A stretch of 64,000 nt of DNA from Acanthaster planci. Its lineage: Eukaryota. This document shows, piece by piece, positions 15,001-26,638 of this stretch; the stretch's first letter is position 1, and every line of letters starts with the position of its first letter. The stretch lies in NCBI RefSeq assembly GCF_001949145.1, contig NW_019091358.1:1178961-1242960 (forward strand), written 5' to 3'. A program made the position numbers and the translations under genes. The notes below the pieces were generated by a model. That model was given only the letters and a program-made list of their open reading frames with translations, ran no database searches and was not told the origin of the DNA.

Positions 15001-18000
15001 ATCAGGGCAGTCCTAAGCTGACTCATTGACATTTAACATACTCAAACTAGTATCAGGACAAGTGTTTGTTCTTGAATGACCTTGCTTTTTTGGAAATGCC
15101 CAAGTCTCCTTCCAAAAAGTGTAGACTTCTGTTATGAGAAGAGCGGTACTCTCAGTATCAAGAGAGGAACTTCGTTTGGAGAGGTCGTTCCAAGCCAGTG
15201 CAGATTTTGAGTCTCTTTTTCATGATGTGGCAATTGCGTTTTTTTGTCTATGATTTTGGCTTTTTTTACTTGACTTTCTCTTCCGTCATCTCAGCGCGGC
15301 AGAAAGACCCTGACAAATGTCTTCAAGTGTGGACCACCATGCAAGACGAGGGAGTGGTACCAAAGGACCGGACACTGCGATATTTGGCCAACGTCCTGCG
15401 ATCCTACAAACGGCCTGTTCCCTTTGAAGTGCCACAGATCACGTTAGATGAGGTAGGCATTGAAAAACTGGGGTTTGGGTTCTGAAATAGCCTACTCAAT
15501 TCTTAGATGCCATCTTATAGAATTTTGGACTGAATTTAAAGATGCTAGAAAGTTGCCTGTGATTTGCACAGAAAGCTCTAAAATATCTTATTTAGTATTT
15601 GATTGCATGAGAGTTTCAATCTCATCAGCAAATGCCATTTGAGAGAAATCTAGAGGAAAATTGCTATCTGCCACGTTGGGCAGCCCTTATGTGATTTCGT
15701 TGATGTTAACAATGTCATACTGTTCATATGTATGCCTTCCAGTTGCCTGAAAGCAGTTCAGTTGATGAGGATCCTGTGTCGAATCTCCAGAATAGAATTA
15801 TCGCCATAGCCAAATCTGGGGTGAGTAGATCACCACATGTAGTACAATAGGGGAAAAAAAGATGAAATCTTTGCATAATACGAAATACATTTGACTCAAA
15901 AATGACAGAATCAGTTTTTCAGGAAACCTTATTCATGAGGTCTTTATCAATTAATCTTCAGTTTTGAAGGTTGATGGCAGTGGAGTGCTTTTCAGGAAGC
16001 CACGTGGATTCATTACCAGAAATGCTAAAATTAAGTGCCATATCTGAGATGTGGCATCTCAGTGGCATGTATGAAGTTCAGGGCGTATCCACTCTGAGCC
16101 AATTCTTGTCAATCAGCAGACTGAAGGGTTGCAGCCATGTCCATGCTGCAAGTTGCCAGGCCCGTATTTCTTGGTAACCGTGGAAACTTCTCTCCTGCTG
16201 CAAGGAATGAATCCGCTGATAGTAATGCCAGCATAGTGTTTAACTTCTTGCTGCCGGGCGACCCGTTTTCGAGCACATAGGCTTTATACACGAAGCCGGG
16301 GAGCCCGAAACCGGGACAAAAGAGCTGGGCCTTGTAACAAAAGACCGTGCTCGGCACAAAAGACTGAGCTGGGCATTACCGACTTTTTTTACTCTCAGTA
16401 GTGGAGATAATCCAGCCTTGTTTTGAAACCGTATACCATCGTTTGGGGCATTTAGAGCAAGCGGATTACCACCGGGGACAAAAGCTCTCCACCACCGCAG
16501 CGATGAGCACCACTGCATGCTAATCTGGCCCCTATTGAAAAGAGGTCAGCAGTGCACTAAGCCAGGTTCGTGAACAAAAGAAAGTTATAACACCGCACAA
16601 ATGGGCTCTGTTTACAAGGCTGCTGGCCTGGCTGAAATACTTGGTCGTCAATGAAGGTCACCTGTCAACTTAGAGTAGTGCCTAAAGATTACTTGGTGCA
16701 GCTCTAAACGACCGTTNNNNNNNNNNNNNNNNNNNNNNNNNNNNNNNNNNNNNNNNNNNNNNNNNNNNNNNNNNNNNNNNNNNNNNNNNNNNNNNNNNNN
16801 NNNNNNNNNNNNNNNNNNNNNNNNNNNNNNNNNNNNNNNNNNNNNNNNNNNNNNNNNAAGTGGTTAATAGGTACGTTTCACTTGTCTTTTTGAACAAGGG
16901 TATTTTACAAATATATGTCCTCCACACTTCCAGGAGCGTATGTGTTGTATTCTTTGGTGATGCCAGCGTATTCAATTTACATTACAACAGCCTTTCAATT
17001 CCTCTGAATATGTTCACAGTGGCAGAATCCGGTACATCAGTGACTACGAGTATACTCATAGTTGGCGGTCAAGATGTCAAGCACTGTTATAAAGCCCCGT
17101 GCATCAAATTTTACCCCCCGATTTTGTATCAAAAGTGAATATTCAAGTTCTGTCTGAACTTTCAAAGGCTGCTTGGGTCGCAGTGAGGTGTTTTTTCCTT
17201 CTTTCAGAACCTTGAAGGAGCCACAAGGTTACTTGAGGAGGCTCGGAGCAAGGGGACGGAACTCAAGATGCCGGCTTACGATGTCTTAATGTGGGAGAAC
17301 CTGAAACAAAAGAACTTGGAGGGGTTCTCCAAAGTCAAGGACATGTGAGTACTGTGAGGCCATGGAGACAGTAAAATAAGAACTTGCAGGGGTTCTCCAA
17401 AGTCAAGGACATGTGAGTACTGTGAGGCCATGGAGACAGTAAAATAAGAACTTGCAGGGGTTCTCCAAAGTCAAGGACATGTGAGTACTGTGAGGCCATG
17501 GAGACAGTAAAATAAGAACTTGCAGGGGTTCTCCAGAGTCAAGGACTTGTGAGTACTGTGAGGCCATGGAGACAGTAAAATAAGAACTTGGAGGGGTTCT
17601 CCAGAGTCAAGGACTTTTCTGTTTTAATTTTTAGGTTTTCCTCTGAGTGGAAATCGCTTCTTGTTCTATCTCGTATAGTGGAATAAATCACTTTTTCAGT
17701 GAAGACCTGGTCAGCCTTTGATATGAAAGCAATTTTGAAATTATTGTCAAAGGTAGTGCTATCTAAAGTCTTTGGTAAAAATGTGCCATTTCAAGGACCC
17801 GCATTGAATGGACTCCACTGATAAAGAAATGCTGAAGCTGTTCTTTAAACTTGAGGTTTGGATCACGGCCTAGCTGTTTTATAGGTTCAAAGATTAAATT
17901 CAGCATCTGCGGGGACTATTAAGGGCTTTGGGTTGACGCTCCCTGGGGTTGCATCATCAGTGCAGATGAACATGTCCCGTGTGTTGTCAACGGTTTTGTT

Positions 18001-21000
18001 TCAGGTGCAAAGATTTCGAAGATTTTTCACTTGGCAAGAATCTCAGGAACAAGATGATAGTGGAGTATCTACAGGTTGGAGACGAAGAAGGTTGGTTGGA
18101 CGCAAGACTGTTTTATACCAACTGAGGGAGTGTTGATGGTATACAATACCTACACACATAAAGTAGTAATACACCAAGTTATTTGAATAACTTGGGTTTT
18201 CAGTCATCCTGTCGAAAATTTGAGCAAGATCTTTTGAAAGGCATATCATAGCTTGAGTTTTTCTACATGGTAGCTTGTATAGACACGTTTGGAGGGAAGT
18301 ATTTTTAAGGACTTGCTTCTGAATGGACCAGTGTTGGGCATGGGCCCATAGANNNNNNNNNNNNNNNNNNNNNNNNNNNNNNNNNNNNNNNNNNNNNNNN
18401 NNNNNNNNNNNNNNNNNNNNNNNNNNNNNNNNNNNNNNNNNNNNNNNNNNNNNNNNNNNNNNNNNNNNNNNNNNNNNNNNNNNNNNNNNNNNNNNNNNNN
18501 NNNNNNNNNNNNNNNNNNNNNNNNNNNNNNNNNNNNNNNNNNNNNNNNNNNNNNNNNNNNNNNNNNNNNNNNNNNNNNNNNNNNNNNNNNNNNNNNNNNN
18601 NNNNNNNNNNNNNNNNNNNNNNNNNNNNNNNNNNNNNNNNNNNNNNNNNNNNNNNNNNNNNNNNNNNNNNNNNNNNNNNNNNNNNNNNNNNNNNNNNNNN
18701 NNNNNNNNNNNNNNNNNNNNNNNNNNNNNNNNNNNNNNNNNNNNNNNNNNNNNNNNNNNNNATTGGGCATGGGCCCATAGGCTCCTCTTTGTACTTAGCA
18801 AGATGCTTATTGCACGTCTCACATTATATGGAGAACTGCCCCGAAATCCAATGCTATTCCTGACATTTGGAAACCGTCGCTGTCAGAAAAGTTCACTTTT
18901 TATTCCGCAATTCCCCTTTTTCTCCCCTGTCATCCTGAACTTTGAAGCCGCCCACCAAGTTTACGACGAGCAGATACAAGATGGCATAGCTCCTCTGCGG
19001 TCGGGAATGCGACTCTTGGCGTCGTACTACGAAGAGAAGGGAGACCTGGACAAGCTGAAGGAGATGAAGGCCAAGTACGAGGAGAAGACAGGAGAGAACT
19101 TCCCCATGGCAAAATGCATACTCGGGGCCTACATCCAAAGGTGGGCTAAAGAGTGTCATAGCTCATGAATATTTAGTACACTGTAAACCTTTTTCCTTAT
19201 AAATATTCATTATTATTGTTATAATTGGTCGGTATTTCAATGCCACTTTCCCAGAAAGGAATCTGCATCGCAGTGTAAAGATTCTAATGCAATTTGCATG
19301 CCACAGTGCATCAGGAGAATTTCAGTTTCTTACAGGCAGGGCAGCTGTTTTGACGAGCATGCATTTATTTTCTTCATCCATAAAGTTGTCCTGAATGCTG
19401 TACGTAAGCTTCATTTTATCCCCGATGTGTACATTGCTGTAAATTTTTTTGTGGCTTATTTGTTCTCATTTTTGTGTGGGAACATATAATAAAACTACTA
19501 AAAATAATTGATTCTTAATCAAGAATTTTACATTAAAATCCCAACATGACAAATTTTGCGCATTGTGATTGGCCAACACGTTGCAAACTCTTGGTGGCGC
19601 ACTAATGTGAAACGGCCGTATAAGAAGATAAGGTTTTGTAGACCTTAATACTTTAGTAGGTTTTTGCCCAAGTTTACTCGGTGCCAAGTGCTGGGATACA
19701 GGCTTTTGTATCATGATCCTGTGTCGCAGTATTCTTGTAATGCAGTTATTACATCAGGACATTAAGTACTAAACTTGCAGGGCAGTTTGAGTATCCCAGG
19801 GTAACCCATGTACAGTAGTTGGGTAGCCTTCAGAGCTTTGATAAATGGCAAAAAAAGGGTGAAAAAGCGCAGAGCCAGCACCCACTGCTGGATTGGCATG
19901 ATAATGTTGACATGGCACGGGAGAAGTGGTGATAATTAGATGTCTTTTGATTGGTCCCTTTCTCATACCCTCACAGAAGCCACTTGCGGGCTCAGATACG
20001 TCTCAGGCTTTTCTCAGTTGCACAAACGATTTCTTTTCATTCTCAGAAGGAGAAACGGTGCGAACAGGTGTACCACCGAACTGAAACGTTGGCCCTTTGT
20101 TTTGCAGGGGAGACGTTTCGGGAGCGGTCAGCTTCATCGAGCAGGAACTGGAGAAGGACTCGGCCCAGATGCGACGGATTGGTCTCAGGTCGTTTTTAGC
20201 CAAGCTCATCCTGAAGGAAGCTGACATGACAGAAGGTGAGGAGGAAAAGACTCTGTTTCCGTTTTGTAAATTGGAAGAAAAATGTCTTTCTCTCTCTCTA
20301 AGGAGCAGCAACCACCGAGTTTATGCAGTGGTTCTTTCTCAGCAGAACATCAAACTGGATAATTCTAATGCAGTCAACTCTTATATAACTAGGTTGGTGC
20401 GACCAGGTAAATGACCTTGGTTGTTTACACCAGAATCTTGTTTTTAAAAGGACTTGAGAAGTCAAGAATTCAAGAATATTCAGGGGCTTGCCCCTTGTAA
20501 CACTAGTTTGTTTTGACAGTGCTGGCCCCATCCAGAGTTGACTGTATTCATTGGCTGGAGACCACAGGGCCATAACCACTGGAGAGAGAGTTGCTGTGAT
20601 AGTTGTGTCGAATTTCTTGTAGTAGTTTGGCTCATGTTTAAGCTGCAACTGGAAACCTTTTGCAAAGATTTCTGCTTTGTGAGTGTGCAATGCGGCAGAC
20701 CACATAGCCATATGTGTTGCATGTCCATTTGAATAAATTTCTCAGTTTCCTTGAGAAAGCCTAGTTCTCCTTGATATTTTTGACAGACTTGGTACATGCT
20801 GAATAGCAGAATCATTGAAACAGTGAAGGCGTGGGTTGTGAGGAAGTTGTTGCAGCTGTCTGCATAGACCCAAGCCCACACTAAACTGCTTCAAGCTTTT
20901 GGTCGCAGGTTTCGGCAGCGAACACTTGCAGATTTGTTTGACTCAACATTTGTACTAAGTGATGAGGTGACTGGGCTGCAGTGGCAGAATTGGGTTGTCA

Positions 21001-24000
21001 GGAAATGTAACCTGAGATTGTAGGCAAATGATGCCATGTTGAAGAATTCATTTTGTTTTATCTGGTAGTGTTAGAGATGGTGGATAGACTGAATGCTAGA
21101 GACATGGATGGTGCAGTGTGGCAGTTAATCTTTGCACATCTGGACTGCAACCAGGTAGAACAAGCCAGAGCAATGGCCGAGGTGGGTGACGGTGAAACTG
21201 GGATTTGAGTCTAGAAATATTGACCAACTTATTTTAGCACAGTAAAACTCAGATTGCTCTGTTGAGGCATGCCAAATTTACACCAAAATTTACACCAAAC
21301 CTGAACAATCAATCAATTTCACTTAATTTCCACATACAACAACATATGGGATATACAGTGTATAGCAGAAGCAAATATATGTGGAGGGATCCCATAAGAA
21401 GCAGAGCTTGTCAAGAATGGAAACCCTTTCAACAGATTTCCTTAACCACTACCAGCCGGGGACTCCGAAATCGGAGCCGTATGGTTNNNNNNNNNNNNNN
21501 NNNNNNNNNNNNNNNNNNNNNNNNNNNNNNNNNNNNNNNNNNNNNNNNNNNNNNNNNNNNNNNNNNNNNNNNNNNNNNNNNNNNNNNNNNNNNNNNNNNN
21601 NNNNNNNNNNNNNNNNNNNNNNNNNNNNNNNNNNNNNNNNNNNNNNNNNNNNNNNNNNNNNNNNNNNNNNNNNNNNNNNNNNNNNNNNNNNNNNNNNNNN
21701 NNNNNNNNNNNNNNNNNNNNNNNNNNNNNNNNNNNNNNNNNNNNNNNNNNNNNNNNNNNNNNNNNNNNNNNNNNNNNNNNNNNNNNNNNNNNNNNNNNNN
21801 NNNNNNNNNNNNNNNNNNNNNNNNNNNNNNNNNNNNNNNNNNNNNNNNNNNNNNNNNNNNNNNNNNNNNNNNNNNNNNNNNNNNNNNNNNNNNNNNNNNN
21901 NNNNNNNNNNNNNNNNNNNNNNNNNNNNNNNNNNNNNNNNNNNNNNNNNNNNNNNNNNNNNNNNNNNNNNNNNNNNNNNNNNNNNNNNNNNNAGCCCAGC
22001 ATCCTCAACGTTGAAAATTGCCCTGGCACGAAGTGGTTAATAAGGTTCATGATTGACAGATTTTAAGAAATCATTAATGATACTACTGTTACCTCAAAGG
22101 TAGTGTGCAATTATCAAGTTAAAGACACTGCCAAGTCAGGGGTCCAGGGTTTGCATTCTGCCAAGGAGTTATGTGGAAGCCCTCTGAAGGGCAAGGCATT
22201 CAGTACTGAAAAATGTAAGGTTGACGTAGGGTAGCTAGCCCCAGACCAAGTAGAAGAGATTACCCGTGATTCTCATTGTCACAAAATTATCACAGACTTG
22301 ATTCAAATGATTGCCAGCTTGTCTGCATGTGACCACTTACATATTTATCAAAAGATTATCAAATTTCATGTGGAGAAAAAAACCCGCTGAGTATCTTTGG
22401 GAACCAGCTAATGGAGAACTTCTCTATCTCCTGCTAAAATCGGGCATGAATGTAACTACCGATATTACAAATGTCGCCTGATGCCTGGATTTCAATAGTC
22501 AGCAGTGTGAAGATTCATCTATTCTCCAGGCAGTACATCTTTGAGAATGGTTACATCATTTCAAGAGGCCATTTTAAGGGAATTGAGTTTAGCAATTTCG
22601 TAGTCTTCAAGATTGTATCTCCTTTTTATTATGTTTCTCGCTTTCCCTCATGTTGATGTTTATGGACAGAAATACCCAGTAATCAGAGAGAAATCTTCAG
22701 GGTTGATTGGTTACATCATCGCCATGTTTGGACGGGATTCAGACATGGTGAGTTGAACCGTAGAACTAGCCATTAGAAAAATGAAAAGACTCCAAATTGT
22801 ACATTTTGCCACAGTACTTGGCACTGTGCTGGAGTTGGAGCCCAAACCTCGTAAATAATAATAATAAGTAATAATAATTGCCATTTATAAAGTGCCTGAT
22901 CCATTAAGCTGCTCCCATGCGCTGTACATTGTAATTTCTACCTGTAATTTCCTCACTGGATCTTTGGCCAGAGTGTGGCCGAATGCTGTTAGAGCATTTG
23001 GTGGTCTGCAGCGCATACTGCCACAGAGGGAGTTTTCCTTACAGTTTGACATCAAACCTCAGAAGTCAGAAGAGAACTTTAGGCCTTACTCAACTTAAAA
23101 CAAGCCGTGATTCTGCCGTCAGAAGATTCTGAAAATAGTGCTTTTGCCATGTTTTGCCAAAATGACAGTTGCAAGATATGATAGAAACCTGTTAAGCACA
23201 CTTGAAGGTTGGCATTCACAATTCAAAGTGCCGTTGTTTGACTTGGGTTAGCCTTATTTTCCATTTTAATGTGTTCTTTGTTTTTCAAGTTTCAACCAAA
23301 GATTTCTTGTATAAGACAGCTTTAATATTACAACAATAAGTTAACAATGTTATCAACATAGAGAGATGTTGACTTTGTGGATGTAACTTCTTGATCCAAG
23401 GATATGAACCATAATTATACAGAGAAAATCCCATTTTTATAATTTTTGTTTTCATTTCTGCGGCCAATTCGATTCCAGATCACTAAAATCAACAATGTCT
23501 TAGAGATGACAGAGGGCAAAGATTACCTTGACAAATCGACAATCTACTTCTACCTCTTCAAGGCATACGGTAAGATTGATTTTGCATCCATTGCCTTCGG
23601 TAATGGAGTAGACAGTCTTTCTGTGTAATTTGGGGGGCAACATAAGAGAGACAGACATATTTGTAACTTGACATTGTCCTTGACGACAGGTTTGCAGTGA
23701 GGTTGGAAAAAACACTTTCTTTATTCAGTTATGCGGAGGGGAGCTATCGGTAACTGAATCAGCAAACATTTTGTGAGAAAACTCAATTTTTTTATTTGAG
23801 TTTTGAGAGAACACAGGATAAGATTGACTTGATAAGCCCTGACCACTTTTGGATTGTTGTTAAGGTTTTTAAAAATTATTTTTATGAGGCAGGAGAAGCC
23901 ATGCCGGGAATATTCAAACAAATGCCACAGTACCAGTGAATCAAAGAATTAGAGAACTTAGTTTTCTGCATTTTTCCAAAAATTACAAATAATGACACTT

Positions 24001-25001
24001 GTAGTAAGCCAATGAGAACTGTTGTCCATAAAGCAAGTCCAAAACCTTGGAAAACGAGTGATTAATTCCTTCCCAGCTCCAGTCTTCATAAGGAAGTGGC
24101 ATCCGATAAAAAGGGGAAAGAGTCCACATTTAATTTCTGTAGTGTTAGAATTACCGGTGTACACTGATCATAGAAGCTTAACCTAACCCTCCTCAATCCT
24201 TCACCTGTCGGAGGACTGAGGAGGGTTAGGGTTTTAACGGCTAGTCCTTACACTTGCTGGACTCATCACGAAGGAATATGCGTTTATTTCTTTTTTAACA
24301 GACCAGGCCAATGAGTGGGAAGCTGCGTCAAAACTCCGCGAGAAAATGATCGCAGAAAATTTACCCATAACCGATTTTAATCTGAAGAGACTTGCCATGC
24401 TTCTCCAACGCAACAACCAACCCGTACCCTTTGAAGAACCCCCAGTGAGTTTTGTCAATTCGTTTTTTTTCTCCTTNNNNNNNNNNNNNNNNNNNNNNNN
24501 NNNNNNNNNNNNNNNNNNNNNNNNNNNNNNNNNAAGAACTGACACCTTAGATTTGTTATGATTTCCCAAGGTTTTGCAAGAGTACATGAGCTTTTCCCCC
24601 TAGAATTTGTGAGCCATTTGGAGCCTGCTTGAAGGCCACTTTAAAAACAGAGATTCTCTGGATTTAAAATCCCTTTGAAAGGTGCTTTAACAGAGTTCAA
24701 AGAACTTTCACCTTGTTCGTGACTGTGGAATGAAACTTTCTTGCTTTGTGATTCCGATTCAACCAATTTGAACATCAAATCCAGTTTAATTTTAACTACT
24801 ATTAAACCCTGAAACTTTCATGATCCGTTGGCTTGTAAACTTTGACCTCTTGCTACAGAGTATTTCTGTTTCCCTACCCAGAATTCCATCAGCCATTACA
24901 GGGACCTGTCTAGGCTGGAACACAAAGACAACCTCACCGAGATAGAAGAGCTGACCCCAGACGAGGAGGACGGCAGGCAAGCCCACAACAGCACCGACTA
25001 G
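7..25001 (+). CDS. LRPPRC: Leucine-rich PPR motif-containing protein, mitochondrial (5'-partial, 29 exons, about 1103 aa in window)
   Basis: Hand-spliced exons, all AG/GT with consistent phases: 7-46, 326-486, 1668-1785, 2514-2551, 3023-3092, 3500-3621, 4237-4327, 5422-5488, 6196-6284, 6418-6524, 6725-6877, 7774-7881, 8632-8771, 9736-9821, 10858-11062, 11838-11962, 13899-14005, 14574-14733, 15295-15452, 15743-15820, 17208-17344, 18005-18090, 18948-19140, 20108-20235, 21069-21181, 22670-22747, 23479-23569, 24302-24444, 24882-25001 (3312 nt, open, ends TAG). Peptides match LRPPRC as recalled: [79 protein letters not shown]-terminal PVPFEEPP. Confidence 0.93.
2120..2353 (-). mobile_element. tRNA-derived SINE
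   Basis: Minus strand has Pol III A box GTGGCTTAGTGGT (2352-2340) and B box GGTTCGAATCC (2309-2299), followed by SINE-body motifs (forward: catttactcccgggtagagaaaggca...gacttacctaaggtca). No full cloverleaf. Confidence 0.6.
3735..3999 (-). mobile_element. GAATATTC-rich MITE fragment
   Basis: Reverse complement of 8795-9000 (agggttgtgcc...cgaatattc...gagaaaagttgcact...gaggcttgtttc); related fragment at about 45441-45600. Confidence 0.55.
4431..5026 (+). mobile_element. Older copy of TTAA-flanked non-autonomous DNA element (piggyBac-like)
   Basis: Starts TTAA-CCATATCCTGCCGGG; body aligns by eye with 16244-16716 (aaaagagcttgggcctt, ttaccaccggggacaa, ggcctggctgaaata); ends gcacccagcgggaaatgg-TTAT. 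Confidence 0.65.
7171..7367. repeat. Tandem duplication, period 108 bp, in an LRPPRC intron
   Basis: tttgctgtgattgtgagt...gagcaccagtatggacaa occurs at 7171 and 7279. Confidence 0.8.
8795..9250 (+). mobile_element. GAATATTC-rich MITE (hAT-like AGGG.TGTGCC end)
   Basis: Clusters of cgaatattc at both ends; an inverted copy lies at 3735-3999. Confidence 0.55.
11304..11526. mobile_element. MITE with CAGTGTTGTAGTCGAGACC-type inverted termini
   Basis: Left CAGTGTTGTAGTCGAGACC, right GGTCTTGAATACAGCACTG; inner inverted repeat agaccatcacaagacc/ggtcttgtgatggtct; core gacaaaggaatgattttgtcacag shared with about 4003-4167 and 30921-31400. Confidence 0.65.
12990..13320. repeat. GGAAC/GTTCC-rich quasi-palindromic repeat element
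   Basis: Dense interleaved ggaacg/cgttcc motifs; related pieces at 12182-12290 and about 63850. Confidence 0.45.
16240..16867 (+). mobile_element. TTAA-flanked non-autonomous DNA element (piggyBac-like MITE, about 620 bp, internal gap)
   Basis: TTAA at 16240-16243 and 16864-16867; right end AAGTGG-TTAA; interior nearly identical to the reverse complement of 25860-26165. Confidence 0.75.
17310..17616 (+). repeat. 68-bp tandem repeat (about 4.5 copies) spanning an LRPPRC exon/intron junction
   Basis: Unit starts at 17310, 17378, 17446, 17514, 17582: aagaacttg(g/c)aggggttctcca(a/g)agtcaaggac(a/t)tgtgagtactgtgaggccatggagacagtaaaat. Confidence 0.92.
21442..22040 (+). mobile_element. TTAA-flanked element of the same family (interior is a gap)
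   Basis: TTAA-CCACTACCAGCCGGGG ... CCCTGGCACGAAGTGG-TTAA: imperfect inverted termini with TTAA on both sides. Confidence 0.7.
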
Positions 25002-25736
25002 GACTGGCACCCAGACCTCCGGAATTTCTCAGTTCAAATCAATATTGGATGAAATGTTCGCTGCGGTCATGTTTGGGAAGTCCATGTAGAGCATGGTGCT
25101 GAAGTGTCTCCAGTCAGCTGCTGGTCATTTTCAAGCCAGATTTTGATGTGTATTATGTGAAATACCATACAGTCCACTAACTGCTGCAATAACAGAATGC
25201 TTAAATGATAATGGGGGAAAATGAATTGTCCTTCTTGCAATTAGGCCATTTTCCAATACTCAACTTCGTCTCCGTCTCAGGCTTCCCAAAACCAATCCCA
25301 GATTGTGGGCCTGAAGCGTTTAAATTACATTGGATTACTGTCATTTTTGGCTTTTTTGCATCTTATTTGATGTTCTGTGGTACTATTAGACTGATTACTG
25401 CGCTTACAGCTTCAAAGTCAGCCTAGTAAAGAAACATTTGAAGCCTAAGACGGAGCCGGAGGAAAAAAAGTTTTGGGTCAATTTTGTGAAGTGCTGTGTG
25501 GTTCATTTCAGCTTGTATAATACCGGTACCATAGATGACTCATCGTAGCTTTCTTTCTTCATGGATCAAATTGGTTGCACGACTCGTTCAAGTTGGGCTC
25601 CGAAGGCTCATTCCCCAAATGTTTTTAACTGTACACAAGCACCACAGAAACTCTAGTATCATCTCCTGGTGGTCGTAGAATGCAAACACTTGTTAAGCTG
25701 GGTTATTGTGAAATTGAGGAAATTCTGGGCATGCTG

Positions 25737-26169
25737 TTAACCACTTCGTGCCGGTGCATTTTTCAACGATGGGGATGCTGGGCCGGCATGACTATCATTT
25801 TTTCCGTTTTCAAAATCCTTCAACAATTCATCATTCCATTTAACGGTCGTTTATAGCCGCACGGAGTAATCTTTAAGCACTACTCTAAGTTGACAAGTGA
25901 CCTTCATTGACGACCGAATATTTCAGCCAGGCCTGCAGCCTTGTAAACAGAGCCCAGATTGTGCGATGTTATACAACTGTCTTTTGTTCACGAACCTGGC
26001 TTAGTGCACTGCTGACCTCTTTTCAATAGGGGCCAGATTAGCATGCAGTGGTGCTCATCGCTGCGGTGGTGGAGAGCTTTTGTCCCCGGTGGTAATCCGC
26101 TTGCTCTAAATACCCCAAACCCTGGTATACAGTTTCAAAATAACGCTGGATTATCACCACTTTTGACAG
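25737..26169 (-). mobile_element. TTAA-flanked element of the same family downstream of the LRPPRC stop (truncated by gap)
   Basis: TTAA-CCACTTCGTGCCGG terminus; interior is the reverse complement of the 16.3-16.7 kb copy; the duplicate block has an empty TTAA at 27526-27529. Confidence 0.75.
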
Positions 26170-26518
26170 NGAGAACTGACACCTTAGATTTGTTATGATT
26201 TCCCAAGGTTTTGCAAGAGTACATGAGCTTTTCCCCCTAGAATTTGTGAGCCATTTGGAGCCTGCTTGAAGGCCACTTTAAAAACAGAGATTCTCTGGAT
26301 TTAAAATCCCTTTGAAAGGTGCTTTAACAGAGTTCAAAGAACTTTCACCTTGTTCGTGACTGTGGAATGAATCTTTCTTGCTTTGTGATTCCGATTCAAC
26401 CAATTTGAACATCAAATCCAGTTTGATTTTAACAACTATTAAACCCTGAAACTTTCATGATCTGTTGGCCTGTGAACTTTGACCTCTTGCTACAGAGTAT
26501 TTCTGCTTCCCTACCCAG

Positions 26519-26638
26519 AATTCCATCAGCCATTACAGGGACCTGTCTAGGCTGGAACACAAAGACAACCTCACCGAGATAGAAGAGCTGACCCCAGACG
26601 AGGAGGACGGCAGGCAAGCCCACAACAGCACCGACTAG
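26519..26638 (+). other. LRPPRC: Second copy of the LRPPRC terminal coding exon (probably an uncollapsed allele)
   Basis: Same acceptor (ctacccag) and same [42 protein letters not shown] as 24882-25001; part of the block 26171-27529 that repeats 24534-25740. Confidence 0.8.

Noticed and set aside
17310..17616. Regularly spaced repeats resembling a CRISPR array
   Set aside because: Whole 68-bp units repeat with no unique spacers, no cas genes, eukaryotic intron context.
18334..18780. Identical ttgggcatgggcccatag on both sides of a gap
   Set aside because: Most simply a collapsed tandem repeat or contig overlap; interior unknown.
20955..21020. Intronic GTGATGA...CTGA as a C/D snoRNA
   Set aside because: Short, no terminal stem, no recognisable rRNA guide.
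18043..22050. Long ORFs (150-280 aa) in the ORF track
   Set aside because: They run through N-gaps; only the 18948-19140 portion is a real LRPPRC exon.
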